Below, piece by piece: positions 30,101 through 41,290 of a DNA stretch of 64,000 nucleotides. A program made the position numbers and the translations under genes. The notes beneath the pieces are model-generated. The model made no database searches. It was not told the origin of the DNA and worked only from the letters and a program-made list of their open reading frames with translations. The DNA lies in NCBI GenBank assembly GCA_964016885.1, contig OZ024741.1, forward strand, positions 298,220,001-298,284,000, in the 5' to 3' direction. Origin of the DNA: Eledone cirrhosa (taxonomy: Eukaryota). The number at the start of each line of letters is the position of its first letter. Position 1 is the stretch's first letter.

Positions 30101-33100
30101 ACATTGAGTATGGCAATTAGATTCTATATAAAACGTCTTTTTTACTGCTCTACTGTTTTGGTACTTAGATTTACAATTTCTTCTGGTTAAGTACAAGACC
30201 ACTATAACTGATTGAATATTGTGTTTTTGCATATGAGGAGGGCCCCATTTGGTCATGACTGATCATGAGGTTGCACCTGAAAGGTTTCTCTCCAGGTTGT
30301 ACGTCTGGGCAAGATATTTTGTGGATGACCAATAGTTGCTCATGCATGCTAGTCTTCTCTTTTCATGTCACCAATGTTATCCAAAGGAGAAGCAAAAGCT
30401 TATACAGCTTAGCACTAGAATTACACACACACACATCAAAACTGCCGCCCTGAAAGGTAAATCAGGTGAAATTGTGGAACTGGTAGAGAGAAGAGATGCA
30501 GATGTATACTGTGTACAAGAAGTGAGATGGAGGAGTGCCTCAGTGAGACAGGGTGCCTGAGCAAACAACAGAGATATAAACTCTACTGGATAGGAAATGA
30601 CGATGGGGTAGGAGGTATAGGCATCCTACTAGCTGATAAATTGAAAGATAAGGTGATAAAGGTAGTTAGAGTAAGTGACAGAATTATCAAGCTTAGAATA
30701 GCTGCAGGAAATAGAATGGTGACAATTACATCTACCTATGCTCTACAGGCAGGACAAAGTAAAGACCAAAAGGACAGGTTCTATGAGGAACTTTTACAGA
30801 TAGCCTCAGTTACTGATGAAAGAGATCTCATCATTCTGGCAGGTGACTTTAACCAGGACAGATTCTGTGGAGTTCACAGCAGCTATGGTTATCACACAAG
30901 AAATGAAGAGGGATTGAGGCTCCTGGAATTCTGTGACACAAATGAACTAACCATTTGCAACACAAATTTCAGGAAACTGGCAAGCCACCTGATCTCATAT
31001 CAATCAGGTGAACATGCAAGTGAGCATGGCAAAATGGATGTAAAACCGATGATGATAATGATGATGATATCAAAATGGCCAACTGAATTCACATGTTTTT
31101 TCTCAAAAACATTTTTTCCCCATTCCTTCCTCTCCTCTATCTTTTTATTTCATATTTTATTTTTCATTCTATCTTCTGATAAAGGATTGGTATCCGAAAT
31201 GTTAAGACTCTTTTTTTACTAAATCAAATGCTAAACTAATATATTTCTTCATTGTACTGTGCATGTTTGGAGACCAGAAGTTGCACTCTGTTGGCAAGTG
31301 ATTCATGCCAATCAGCCAGGTGTCTTTTTTTGGGTGGGTGGGGTGCAAGTTATATCCTAAACTCTCCATATTAGATATTAGTAGAAAAGAGTTTTCATAG
31401 CTTTCTTAACTAAAACTGTCCTTTGTTTGTAATTATATTGTTAGGAAAAGAAAATAAATATGAAGAAACAGAAGACAAGTCACTAGAAATTAAAATTTAG
31501 CAACCACAAATTATTACAAACCTTTAAAAATGTGATATTATTTGCAGATAAATTCAAAATTTCAATGTTAGTATTATGCTGAAGACCTTTGCCTGAATAT
31601 AGAAATAGGATAAAATGTTAAATTATACAGCCATATTTTCGTGACAATATACAAAATAAAATTTAGTGATGCAAACTTCAAAAAATGAAGATTGGTATGT
31701 TTTCTAGGTTGTCTCCCTTGAGTTTTTTAAAAAACAGAATTAGCCTTGTTTAGTTTACATATTGAGAACCCCCCTAAACACATCCTATTTACTTTATAAC
31801 GTATGGTATTTCTTGTAATGTTCTTTTTTTTTGTCATGTATAATGTTCTTTAATATATAAAAGAAATTAACTGTCACAGGCATGCTACCACTTAAAATAA
31901 AATTTCACTGGAGATAGAGTAGCAAAATTTTAAAAGTGGAGGGAAAATGATTACACTGGTCAACAACCAAAATGCTTCTGAGACCAGAGGAGCAATTTCC
32001 AACTAATTTTAGGTCGCTAATAATGAATATCATGGTTAAAACTGTTTGTTAGCTCTACTTTTTAACATACACATATGTGCCACAGCAGGCTCCAATAGGC
32101 TTGCAGCAGTGTGCTTCTTACCACACTCATAGTCCCACTGCCCTTCAGTATTGTTCCAGCAGTCATAGGAGGTGGTTGTGTTGTACGTTTATATATTGTG
32201 GTGAAAGGTAGGTGATTTTCCTAGTCAAACACCTTTTAAACTTATAATAAATATTCATTGAGCAAGCTATTGATATGTGAGGCATTCTATATTAATTCTA
32301 TTTTCCTACTGAATGATATAATTTTGATGAAGCACAAACCTCTATCCACATCTCATAACACAAAGGGAACTCCATGACCTTGCCAGGAATCTACAACTAC
32401 CTAAGAATAAGGCAGAGCTGCTAGGCTCTTGTCTTCAACAGTGGAATCTCCGAACAGCTGATGTGAAGATTTCAAAATTTCATGACCACCAGTGGCCTGC
32501 AACAATATTAATGGTCTGATGGAAGCACTTGGTATTGAATACAAACCCAGTCACTGGAGGCTGTTCATAGAGTCATCAAAAACTAATCTGAAAGATGTCT
32601 TGCTGCATAATGGCAATAGTAAACCATCGGTTCTTGTGGGCTATGCATCACATATGAAAGAAACTTATGAGAATATAAAGCATATGTTGCAATGCATAAA
32701 ATATAATGAACATCAATAGCAGCTCCGTGGTGACTTAAAGGTTGTTGCTCTTGTGATAGGTTTGTAGGGTGGATACACGAAGTGCTGCTGCTTTCTGTGT
32801 GAATGGGACAGCCGTGCAAGAAGTTCCCACTCCATTAGGAGAGACTGGCCACATCGTCAATCATTGGAGCCTGGGATGAAAAACAGCTACCTCTCACTGA
32901 ACCAAACAAAATTTTGCTACCACCACTGCATGTAAAACTGGGCTCATGAAAAACTTTATAAAAGCTATGGACAAATCTGGTCAGGGATTGAAATTTTTAA
33001 CATAAAAATTCCCCTCACTGAGCGATGCTAAGATTCAAGAGCTTCTTAAATATGGTGACTTTAAATCAGCCCTTTATGGGGAGGAGAAAGCTGCTTGGGA

Positions 33101-36100
33101 AGCATTCAAGTTAGTGGTGCAGTGATTTTTTGGAATCAGAAGGGAAGGATACTATGAAGAATTAAGGCTTACAGGAACATGGGATGTAACATGCCATTTA
33201 AAATTCATTTTTTGAACTCCCATTTAGACTTTTTTCCAGTGAACTGTAGGGTAGTTAACGACAAACATGCTGGTAGGTTTTACCAAGATATTTCAACCAT
33301 GGAAAAGCGGTACCAGGGCAAATGGAGCACAAAAATGCTTGCAGACTATTGCTGGACATGGGCAAGAGATGATTTTTCAGCCCACTATTAGTGTCAAGCA
33401 AAAGGGCAGAGAGTACATATGGACTAGAACTTAAAACATATATTGTATATTATGATAAAATAATTAAATATTATATGTCGTGTATCTTTAAGCCTATAGC
33501 TAATAAGCATTTAACAAGGTGATATTTGGATTCAGGACATGAAAATACATTAGAAGCACACAACTTTTCAAAAATTGTTGACCTGTGTTATTTGAGACCG
33601 CAAAATACATAAAATACATGCAGAAAAATCAATATCGAAGAACAAGGGAAGTAACTGTAGGGAAAAATTATTTGAGTTAGTTTCCTTTATTTGTAACCTT
33701 TTAGGTAACACAAATTTGAGGACTTTGCCTCCACGACTCCCTTAGGAATAAGCGGGCAAAGAAAACTTTTTATTTTATTGCTTTGATTTGAAATACTTCA
33801 TAAAAATAATGCACTTCATTTAAAACTGTATCTTCTTTGTGTTTTGATTATAAAATACAAATTTAAAATGCATAATAAGTTTTAAATTACTTAATGTGTC
33901 ATGGCACTTTTTTATGTGCTTGCTTCCTCTAACTTTAGAAACTGGTTATATGCCTCATGCATCCATGTACGTACATACATCTGTATGTGTGAATTTATGT
34001 GTATGCATAAGAATATGATACACATGTATACAATATGAATGTATTATATATATATATATATGCATGTATTATATTATGCTTTGTATGTAAGTACATGTGT
34101 GTGCATGTAAGCGCATGTGTATGTTCTCCATATATACAGCATGTAGATATGTATATATGATCTAACAGCATGTGTATGCATGGAAGTATCATGTGTGAAT
34201 ATATTTGTTTGTAAACAGTATGCACATGTACATATGCTTTCTATGTATATATGTGTGTGTGAGTGTGAGAGCATGTATGTGTGATTAGGTTTACATGTGT
34301 GTCAACTTATGTTAGATTTACTCTCAGATCCCAAATAGTAGACGGGGGGGGGGGATTGGAATAAGCGGGGATGGTGGTGATGGAAAATGGGTAAGTTATT
34401 TAGGTTGTCTCCGTTGATTTAAAAAAAAAAAAACAGAATTAGTCGTTTAGGTTACATATTGAAAATATTACAATAAATCTGATAACATTCTTGCATGTTG
34501 ATTAGTTTAAAGTAAATAATGAAGTAAACGTGTGTTGAAAACAAACTAACCAAGAGATTTTGAAAAAAATTCCTTACAGACAGACAAATACATGCACACA
34601 TACATACACACACACATATGCAACCAAGCGCATACCCTCCATCAGACACCTAACCATACTCTGAACACCTTGCTTCCCTGGGCATGGATTCATTGAAGCT
34701 CCAACGTCTGGCAACAGACTTGGTAAATACCCACAAAGTTATTAACCATCTTGCCAACAACAACCCTGAGCACCTTTTTGATCTCCATGTGTCTAACACA
34801 CGTGGACATGCCTACAAAGTCAGAAAACAGCACAGCTCCCATGTCTTTCGGAACATTTTTTCACGCTTAGAGTTGCTGAAGCATGGAACAAACTACCTAC
34901 ATCAGTTGTTAGCTGCCGAGACACTGCATCCTTTAAGACCCTCATGCTTTCCGAAATTCGGCAAAACTACACCTGATGTCCCCCTTCTATACATATGCAC
35001 ACATGTGTATATCATGACTCATACACTGTTCATTTTCGTGACGTTTGTACATTACCCTATGTACTATACATACACTTTTGATGAGTCATAGTGCACCTGA
35101 GCACTGTACACAATATTTTCATTATTATATTATATATATATATTAATTGTTTCTACTTTTGGCACAAGGCCAGCAATTATCTCAGTACATTACTGGTACT
35201 TTATTTTATCGACCTCGGAAGGATGAAAGGCAAAGTTAACCTTGGCGGGATTTGAACTCGGATCATAAAGGGCCGTAACTCTGCTGCAAAGCATGGCGTC
35301 CGACCCTCTACTGATACTCTCAATCCACCATATTAATGCAACCTATTCTATATATTTTATAATGTATGGGATTTCTTGTAATGTTCTTTTTTTTGTCATG
35401 TATGTTTTTTAATGTATAAAGAAAATTAATTGTCACAGTAATGCTACGACTTAAGATAAAATTTCGCTGGAGATAGATTAGCAAAATTTAGTAAACGGGG
35501 GTGGGGGTGATGGAACGATTAATCGAGACCTGAGAGTAAGCTTCAAAACTTACCTATTTTTGAAATTTTGTTATCAGCAAGGTTTAGATCTTTCAAATAC
35601 TTTAAACAGAACAAATTCTAGAATATAATGAGAGAAGAAGATTAATAAAACACCTGTAAACGTCAACTATATTTTACAAACAAAAGTTTACAATGATGGA
35701 AAATATTAAGAAAGGATAAAAACAAAAATTAAGTAACGAAAAAGGAGGAATGGGTAAAGAAGGAAAGATTGGCTGTATGGGAAAGTAAAGGAAAGGACTA
35801 TAAATGCCATAATTGAGAAAAAAAGGAGGGAAAGAGCAAATACTTTAGGAAAAGGACAAGGACTATTAGGCAAAGGGCAACAGACTCTACACCTTGGTCA
35901 GGGTAGTGTTTTGGCTGTGCCCCATGAACAAAACTGCAAAGGCATTTCTGCAGACAATGGCCAGTGACACCCGCTACAACAGCTACCCCACCACACAGGG
36001 CTTGTTCTCAGACAGGCTGCAGTACACTATCACCTAAACATCACTAGAAAGGAAAGACGCTGACTGTCAGATTGGACTAAAGAAACAATGGTTTTATTGC

Positions 36101-39100
36101 TTTTCCCACATCTTCTAAAAAGTTCAAATACAACCAATGCTTCAATACTTCATATTTACACTATTGTTTACAAACAAAGCTGTTTATCAAGCTTCTAATT
36201 TAAACAGAATTAGTTGCCAGAGGCCATTTAGCTCAATGGCTAAAGCACTCAGTCAGAATTTAAGAGGTACACAGTTTAATTCTTTGTAGCAGCTGCTAGT
36301 CACTTTTTCCTGTCAATAGGGGTACTTTACCCAATTTTCTAAGCTATTGTTTATAGCAATTGACTGTGGCTACAGTTATTTTCTGCAGTTGAAAATTTAA
36401 AGTTAACCAATGCATTGATACCTCATATATATATATATATAGACACACAAGCATATATATATATATAGATATATAAACATACATACATTTTCGATATGTA
36501 GAAGTGGGCATAAATTCTATAGAATGTACACAATGCAGATCTTGGGTACACAAGAGGTGTAGTGGGATAGCAGGCAAACTAACAGGTAGGGAAAACTACA
36601 TATGCAGTAGATGTAGGGAAATTTGATAGTAGAAGTGCCAGTGATAGACAGATTTTTCAAATGCAAGTAGGATCTATAGAGGTGGTTGATAACTTCTGAT
36701 ACCTAGGTGATCAGATTAGCAAGGCGGGAGGGTGCTCCGAGATCATACTATCTAGAATAAGGATGGGTTGGAAGAAGTTTAGAGAGCTGCTTCCTCTGTT
36801 GACAAAGAAGGGTTTCTCCCTATGAACGAAAGGCTGATTATATGATGCCTGTGTGAGATGCGCAATGTTGCATGGTAACAAGACATAAGCAGCAACTGCG
36901 GAGGATATGTGATGGCTGGAGAGAAATGAAGCAAGCATGCTCCGATGGATGTGCAATGTCCATACCAATGCAGTCATGGATGTGCATCACATGTCCATAC
37001 CAATGCAGTCATCTATGCTTGGTCGAGTTGAAAGAGATACTGTGTATAAGAGGGATAAAATGTAGTGTGCGGGAGAGATGACTGCATTGGTATGGACATG
37101 TGATGCACATGGAGGATGATCGCTGGGTAAAGAAGTGCCAAGAAATCCCCGTGGAAGGAAGCCGCAGTAGAGGAAGACCACGAAAATCATGGGCAGAAGT
37201 GGTGAGAGCTGACCTCAGATCGCAGAAGCTGACAGAGGAAATGACAAATGGAGAGGTGCTGTGCTGAAAAGGACTCATCCCACCCTTGCAAGCAAGGAAA
37301 AGTGCAAGTAAAATGATGATGATGATGTTGATACATACATGCATACATACATATGTATATATACATTCATACAAACATACATACATATCAAAATACACAC
37401 ACACACAGTCCTGCCCCACAGAGAACTATCAGCTTGCTGCATTAAAGAGTATGTAACTATGAATATTCCACAGGCACATGTACTATTGATGTAATCCTGA
37501 GGCAAAATCAGCAGGATACAATGTGTGACTAGTCTAGACCCACAAGAATTGAGTTGATTTGTTGGTAAAAGCGCTACTTACTGGGATTAGATACAGGACT
37601 TTCTCATTACAGAGTGACTTCCTTTACTATTTCAGAGTCACTGAGTCTGATGAGAGAGGGGAAGTAAGTTATCCACAAACTGGAAACTTGTGTGCAACAA
37701 AGAGGAGTCTGCTATAGGCAGACAAGAGCCAGGTGGTGGTGTTAAGCCAGGTAATGGATTAAACCTGCCAGCTAAGTAGATCATGGCAGAATTTGAATTC
37801 AGAGGACACAGCCATAACAAATACCACAAGATATCTTGACCCACACTCTAATGATTCTGCCAGTCTGCCACACTAGACTGGCACTTAGTTTATCGACTCC
37901 AGAAGGATGTAAGGCAAAGTTGACCATAACAGGATTTGAACCTGGAATTAAAGAAGTTAGATCAATGCAGCCCGCAATGCAGAGGACAGGATTACAAGCA
38001 AATATTGGTGCTTGTCCGGGTCGCTTCTTCTTTGCATTAGCCGCCATCAAGACCTCAGTCATCCTTGGATCCCATACAACCGAGCTCCTCCACAAATCGG
38101 AATGTCAGTAGCCCATCTGAGGAAGGAGCCCCACGAGGTGGGGTGGCTGTTGCAGTGGGTGTTGCTGGCCATTGTCTGCAGAAATGCCTTTGCAGTTTGT
38201 CCACGGGATGCAGTCGAAACATCGTCCTGACCTAGTCATAGGGCCTATCATCCTCTCCCCTTCCCACTCTCTTTCTTCCTTGGCCTAATAGTCCTTGCTC
38301 TTTTCCCCCTTTTCTTCTCATTTATGGCATTTATATTTCTTTTCTTTACTTTCCTATACAGCCAGATCTGTCATTCTTTATTCCTTCCCACCATTTTTTC
38401 ATTATTTATATAACTAATTATGATTTCTGATTTAGGCACAAGGCCAACAATTTGGAGTAGGGGAAAGTCGATGAAATCGACCCCAGTGCATTACTGGTAC
38501 TGTATTGTATCAAACCCGTAACGATGAAAGGCAAAACTAACCTCGGCAGGATTTGAAATCAGAATATAAAGGGCTGTAACTCTATGTCGCGAAGCATATT
38601 GTCTGATGCTCTACCGATATTGCCAATCCAAACTAATTATGTAAAATTAATAAATAATTTAAATTTAAAATAAAATACTGCAAAGAATTTTGTCCAGTGT
38701 TCTAACACTTCTGCTAATGTGCAGAATAAGGAAAAAATATGTAACTAAGAAAACTAAACCGAAATATTTCCATTGAAGGATTTAAACTCAACACACTGCA
38801 AAGTTGAATCAATAAACCACCACAACTTACCTCAATTGTAGTGATATAGTTACTGTTAAGCCAGAGCACTTGAAGTTTCTTCAGTTTTTCTAAATGCTCA
38901 ATATTTCTGATCTGGTTGTTGTACAAGTAGAGTTTTGTCAAAAAGGAACAATTATCCAGGTTGGAGATTTTCTGCATGGAGTAATAATAAAAAAAAAATC
39001 AAAAAAATCAAAATAGAAGCCATATACAGAAATGCTGTCAGCAAAGTGAGAGTAGATAATGAGTTCAGGGAAGAACTCAATGTGTAAGTTGGTGTTCATC

Positions 39101-40743
39101 AGGGCTCAGTCCTCATCTGTTTATTATAGTCCTCTATATCAGCATACTGACAACCTGGTTCTTATAACTGAATCAGTGGAAGAGCTAGAGAAGAAATTTC
39201 CACTGTGGAAACAGAACTTAGAATCAAAGGGGCTCAGTGTAAACTTAGCAAAGACCAACGTTTTAGTAAGTAGAAAATGAGACAGGATAATGGTTGCATC
39301 AGGGAAGTGAATGTGCTTGACATGTTGAAAAGGAGTGTGTAGTAAATCTATATGATGCACACAATGTAAAACACAAGTACACAAGATATAGTGGGATTGT
39401 AGGTAGACTAATAGAAAAGGTAGACTTTATATACAGAAGATACACACGGGTAGTTAGTAGTAAGAGAGTTAGTGAAATAAACTTTTTTTAATCCCAAGAA
39501 GGCTCCATAAAAGTGTATGACAGCTTCTGCCACCTGGGTGACCTAATTAGCAATGAAAGAGGTTGCTCCTCTGTTGAGGACAAAATGTTTGCTCTCTATG
39601 AAAGAAAGGCCAACTCTATGATGCCACAAGACATTCTTGAAAAGTATAAATCACAAGACATTCTTGAAAAGTACAAATCACATGTTGCCAGACATTCTTG
39701 AAAAGTACAAATCACAAGAACTGCATAAAATTAAGTCTTTACTCTATTACTATAGATTTTCAATGATCTGTTTACTAGTAAAGATAATATAAATATTTGA
39801 CTTAACAAAACCATTTTTAGATATTTTTATGATGGAAAGAATTAAGCACTCAGAATGGAAACCTAAAGACTAAAGACATGGTACTTACTTTCAAACCACA
39901 CTGACATATCCAAAGCTCTTGGAGGTTGACTAGTTGGCGTAGGCCATGTGTGCACTCTATACACTGCTGGACAATCACTAGTCGCTGAAGGTTCGGGAAG
40001 TGATGAAAGCCTTGAATACTAGTCAAGCCAGTGAAAAACATCTCCAGTTGCAGTACCTGTTTTCCTTCATCTTTGAGGTTTATGTATGACACTCCATTGG
40101 CGGCACACTGAAAATCACACAAATATAGTGGTAGGGTAGAAAGAAAAGGTGCAGATTGTCAGATCAGACCAAAGAAAAAATGTTTCTATTGGTCTTCTTA
40201 TTGCTGATACTATTTATGACTCCTGGCAAAAGGAGCAACATGAAATGAAGTATTTTGCTCAAGAATACATGTCACTTGGTCCAGGATTGAACCCATGGCC
40301 TTATGATCATGAATCCAACACTCAAACCACTAGGAAAGAGAAGGAAGGAGAGAAAGAAAAGAGAAAAAGAGAGATAGAGAGAGAGATAGAAAGAGAGAGA
40401 GGGGAAGACAGAAATAGGGAGAGAGAAAGAGAAAGGGATAGGTAAAGATAGAGGGATGACAAAATTGTTAAATATATTTAATATGTAAATTAAATACACA
40501 AATATGCCATATATACACACATATACGACAAAGGCATGGTTCTCCACGCAGTCAAGGAGGGCAGTAACTCTGAATAAAAACTTGACTAACACTGTCACGG
40601 CTTGTCCAACCCATGCAAGCATGGGAAACAGACATAATATTATGATGATGTTTATGATAATGATGATGATGATGATGACGACAATGATATCTTACCAAGT
40701 CCTCAAGCTGATTTTCCTCTTTATAATTCTTGAACTCCATCAT
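726..40743 (-). CDS. LRRC9: Leucine-rich repeat-containing protein 9 orthologue; 17 coding exons in window (714 codons), 3'-partial
   Basis: Spliced exons join in frame with canonical GT-AG and matching phases. Translation is colinear with recalled vertebrate LRRC9 (C..NGVSY, LEMFF.G, LYLY.N.I..IE.LEKL, DP.Y..NPV.LL.NYS, ELTT.GN..FEE, FC.WDF, VPEYVV.F.Y). Confidence 0.9.
2351..2511 (-). CDS. LRRC9: LRRC9 exon 16 (DEILNPFLQLKE...EEVYRIY-N)
   Basis: tttcag / gtaaac; 161 nt; phase 0 to 2 fits next exon; weak sequence similarity. Confidence 0.72.
2940..4215 (-). mobile_element. Highly decayed RTE-like LINE RT fragment
   Basis: FKKGD...ISL....KIF and LDY.ND (YADD relic) followed by KINVVKTK; many stops; boundaries approximate. 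Confidence 0.6.
4480..5575 (-). repeat. Head-to-tail array of about 5-6 tRNA-derived SINEs (Meta-domain-like core) joined by (AAT)n; many dispersed copies (e.g. 25560-25755, 35145-35330, 38420-38630)
   Basis: Minus strand: A box TGGCAGTATCGG, B box GAGTTCAAATCC, then gaggtcaactttgcctttcatcctt..gggtcgataaaataaagtaccagt. Confidence 0.75.
5986..6110 (-). CDS. LRRC9: LRRC9 exon 15 (FLYSMNDHPSCRC...EWYICNPGLIVPEYVVNFKYNFT)
   Basis: tttcag / gtaagc; 125 nt; phase 1 to 0. Confidence 0.9.
7167..7659 (-). mobile_element. Non-autonomous Helitron, opposite orientation
   Basis: Minus strand ends ccgcagcaaggcgcgggtaattcggCTAG|t; 5' end in the shared (TA)n. Confidence 0.65.
7660..8275 (+). mobile_element. 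Non-autonomous Helitron (related ends to 26712-27934)
   Basis: 3' cccgagcaacaccgggccattctgCTAG|t; 5' end within (TA)n followed by tgtctgcctgtctgtcc. Confidence 0.72.
8530..8600 (-). CDS. LRRC9: LRRC9 exon 14 (INPANYPQVTSFFITKKMLLKQA-G)
   Basis: ttgcag / gtaaga; 71 nt; phase 2 to 1. Confidence 0.87.
10991..11051 (-). CDS. LRRC9: LRRC9 exon 13 (QLLICRVYKGNAILVEDSK-D)
   Basis: cttcag / gtgagt; 61 nt; phase 1 to 2. Confidence 0.87.
11090..11540 (+). mobile_element. RTE (BovB-like) LINE 3' fragment
   Basis: FREL...L..KGLSL..KG..YDAC....MLH..ETW..LERN...MLRWMC; RL.WYGHV. Confidence 0.75.
11749..11970. repeat. ~48-bp minisatellite (about 4.5 copies) formed inside a SINE-like element
   Basis: Unit aaaagcacccagcccacactgtaaagtggttgtgtaggtgtcacaac; last copy runs into gtggttggtgctaggaagggcatcc. 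Confidence 0.8.
12215..14536 (+). mobile_element. CR1/L2-clade LINE, 5'-truncated, frameshifted ORF2 (end of APE, RT, C-terminus, 3'UTR, (TTA)n tail)
   Basis: ORFs with NYRPVSLTS, YLDFAKAF, GVPQGSVLGP, KYADD, ERDLG, VRPHLE, TRGH..K; microsatellite tail. Confidence 0.92.
14537..14660 (+). mobile_element. Second very short CR1 3'-end copy directly after the first tail
   Basis: Repeats the terminal ~120 nt of the CR1 3'UTR and has its own (TTA)n tail. Confidence 0.8.
16378..16501 (-). CDS. LRRC9: LRRC9 exon 12 (RQDEVTAIKLYNCLYFAD...DFKY-G)
   Basis: ttccag / gtaatt; 124 nt; phase 0 to 1. Confidence 0.85.
17396..17513 (-). CDS. LRRC9: LRRC9 exon 11 (IYDLRSQQDFLIW...ILQDGFTLPKNPQ)
   Basis: aacag / gtaggt; 118 nt; phase 2 to 0. 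Confidence 0.82.
18001..18186 (-). CDS. LRRC9: LRRC9 exon 10 (YDCCCDIILDNFCKWDF...)
   Basis: tgtag / gtaggt; 186 nt; phase 2 to 2. Confidence 0.88.
19136..19267 (-). CDS. LRRC9: LRRC9 exon 9 (VTLKMNE...ELTTCGNVMFEEPKSTDA-W)
   Basis: gacag / gtaaat; 132 nt; phase 2 to 2. Confidence 0.88.
20549..20640 (-). CDS. LRRC9: LRRC9 exon 8 (VKQVPLSERDRQSKLK...AKYK-R)
   Basis: ttcag / gtacaa; 92 nt; phase 0 to 2 fits both neighbours. Confidence 0.75.
21001..23700 (-). mobile_element. CR1/L2-clade LINE of the same family, includes APE domain, RT core deleted
   Basis: ITVTETW, GGGV, DFNHP, LDLLF, SDH endonuclease motifs; near-identical to 12215-14536; 5' boundary approximate. Confidence 0.92.
25822..25977 (-). 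CDS. LRRC9: LRRC9 exon 7 (ATMEKKCMFY...RLLQM)
   Basis: acag / gtatgt; 156 nt; coiled-coil, matches recalled KK.M.Y motif. Confidence 0.85.
26712..27934 (+). mobile_element. Non-autonomous Helitron inserted into a MITE
   Basis: 5' TC, 3' CTAG, subterminal hairpin CCCG-agcaacg-CCGGG, A|T target without TSD, (GTCT)n near 5' end, internal ~78-bp and ~40-bp tandem repeats. Confidence 0.82.
28846..29202. mobile_element. Complete ~355-bp TA-flanked MITE (TIR ~TACTCTCGGGTCCCAAATAAT); other copies ~340-650, 6380-6600, 26570-28078, 31690-33607, 34319-35538, 41401-41749, 48377-50057
   Basis: Terminal inverted repeats, shared internal sequence (aattaattttctttagacattaaaaaacattatacatgac...gagacaacctagaaaa) across eight or more copies. 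Confidence 0.8.
29232..29414 (-). CDS. LRRC9: LRRC9 exon 6 (DLSPVCQL...LDTYNVASLEISQAVE), LRR cap
   Basis: tttcag / gtttga; 183 nt; NPV..L.NY...VI..IP.L..LD LRRcap motif. Confidence 0.9.
30400..31020 (+). mobile_element. RTE LINE APE-endonuclease fragment
   Basis: CVQEVRW, GVGG.GILL, VSDRII, AGDFN, N.EG.RLLEFC, ICNT.F. Confidence 0.8.
31522..31592 (-). CDS. LRRC9: LRRC9 exon 5 (KGLQHNTNIEILNLSANNITFLK)
   Basis: ttcag / gtttgt; 71 nt; phase 1 to 0; LRR. Confidence 0.88.
31954..33587 (+). mobile_element. Chapaev3-like (CMC superfamily) DNA transposon, decayed transposase, TTA TSD
   Basis: TIRs CACTGGTCAACAA...TTGTTGACCTGTG; TTA at 31951-31953 and 33588-33590; motifs WRLFI.SS, GDLKV, CFLCEWDSR, LH.KLG, KIHFL.SHLDFFP, .H..RF.QDI..MEKRYQG.W...MLADYCW. 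Confidence 0.8.
34618..35128 (+). mobile_element. CR1-type LINE 3' fragment (same family)
   Basis: Matches the last ~500 nt of the two long copies, with tail. Confidence 0.88.
35554..35617 (-). CDS. LRRC9: LRRC9 exon 4 (NLFCLKYLKDLNLADNKISKI-G)
   Basis: ttctag / gtaag; 64 nt; phase 0 to 1; LRR. Confidence 0.88.
36470..37330 (+). mobile_element. RTE LINE 3' fragment with internal inverted duplication
   Basis: F.YLGD.IS..GGC, GWKKFREL.PLL, MLRWMC, WYGHV, RGRPRKSW; (GAT)n tail. Confidence 0.78.
38831..38971 (-). CDS. LRRC9: LRRC9 exon 3 (KISNLDN...NYITTIE)
   Basis: gcag acceptor, gtaagt donor, 141 nt, SDS22-like LRRs. Confidence 0.92.
39020..39570 (+). mobile_element. RTE LINE RT fragment
   Basis: VGVHQGSVL relic, TDNLVL, LESKGL.VNLAKT. 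Confidence 0.7.
39889..40107 (-). CDS. LRRC9: LRRC9 exon 2 (CAANGVSY...ICQCGLK)
   Basis: tttcag acceptor, gtaagt donor, 219 nt, LRR motifs. Confidence 0.92.
40696..40743 (-). CDS. LRRC9: LRRC9 coding exon 1 (MMEFKNYKEENQLEDL); acceptor probably at 40794/40795 with 5'UTR
   Basis: ATG at 40743 preceded by in-frame TAG; donor GTAAG; phase 0 into next exon. Confidence 0.75.
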
Positions 40744-40894
40744 CAGTACTGTGACAGTCTAAAATACTGTATGTAATCTGTTATCATTGGAATCCTGCAA
40801 GTGAAAATAAACGAAAGATAAAATAGGTAAGATGAAAGTGTAAACATAAAAAAACATACTATTTGTAATCTGTTGAAATTGAAAGTGAAAATTC

Positions 40895-41290
40895 AGGATT
40901 GATAGAAGACGAAATGAAACAAGTGGCCAAAATGGAATTCCTCCGAAGGGTCTTTAAAGTAACGTTACTTGATAGAGAGCATAGCTTGGGAATCAGAGAG
41001 TCACTCAAGGTAGAGCCACTACTTCTCCAATTTGAGAGATCCTATGGACATATGGTTAGAATGTCTAAGGAAAGAATCACTGGACAGATTTTACAGGCAA
41101 AACCAACTGGCAGGAGACCCAGAGGTGGACCCGAGCAAGATGTTGGATAACATTCATGAGCTTGATTGGTCTTGCATGAGGATCCTGCTGGGTCAGTTGG
41201 AAACAGTTGCTTCTGACAGGACCTGCTGGAAGGAGTGCTTGAGGACTCTGCCCCCACGATCCTCTCAGGAATAAGTGGATGAAGAAGTTT
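40895..41290 (+). mobile_element. RTE-like LINE 3' fragment
   Basis: MEFLRR....TLLDR....IRESL.VEPLLL, GH..RM, GRRPRG. Confidence 0.7.
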
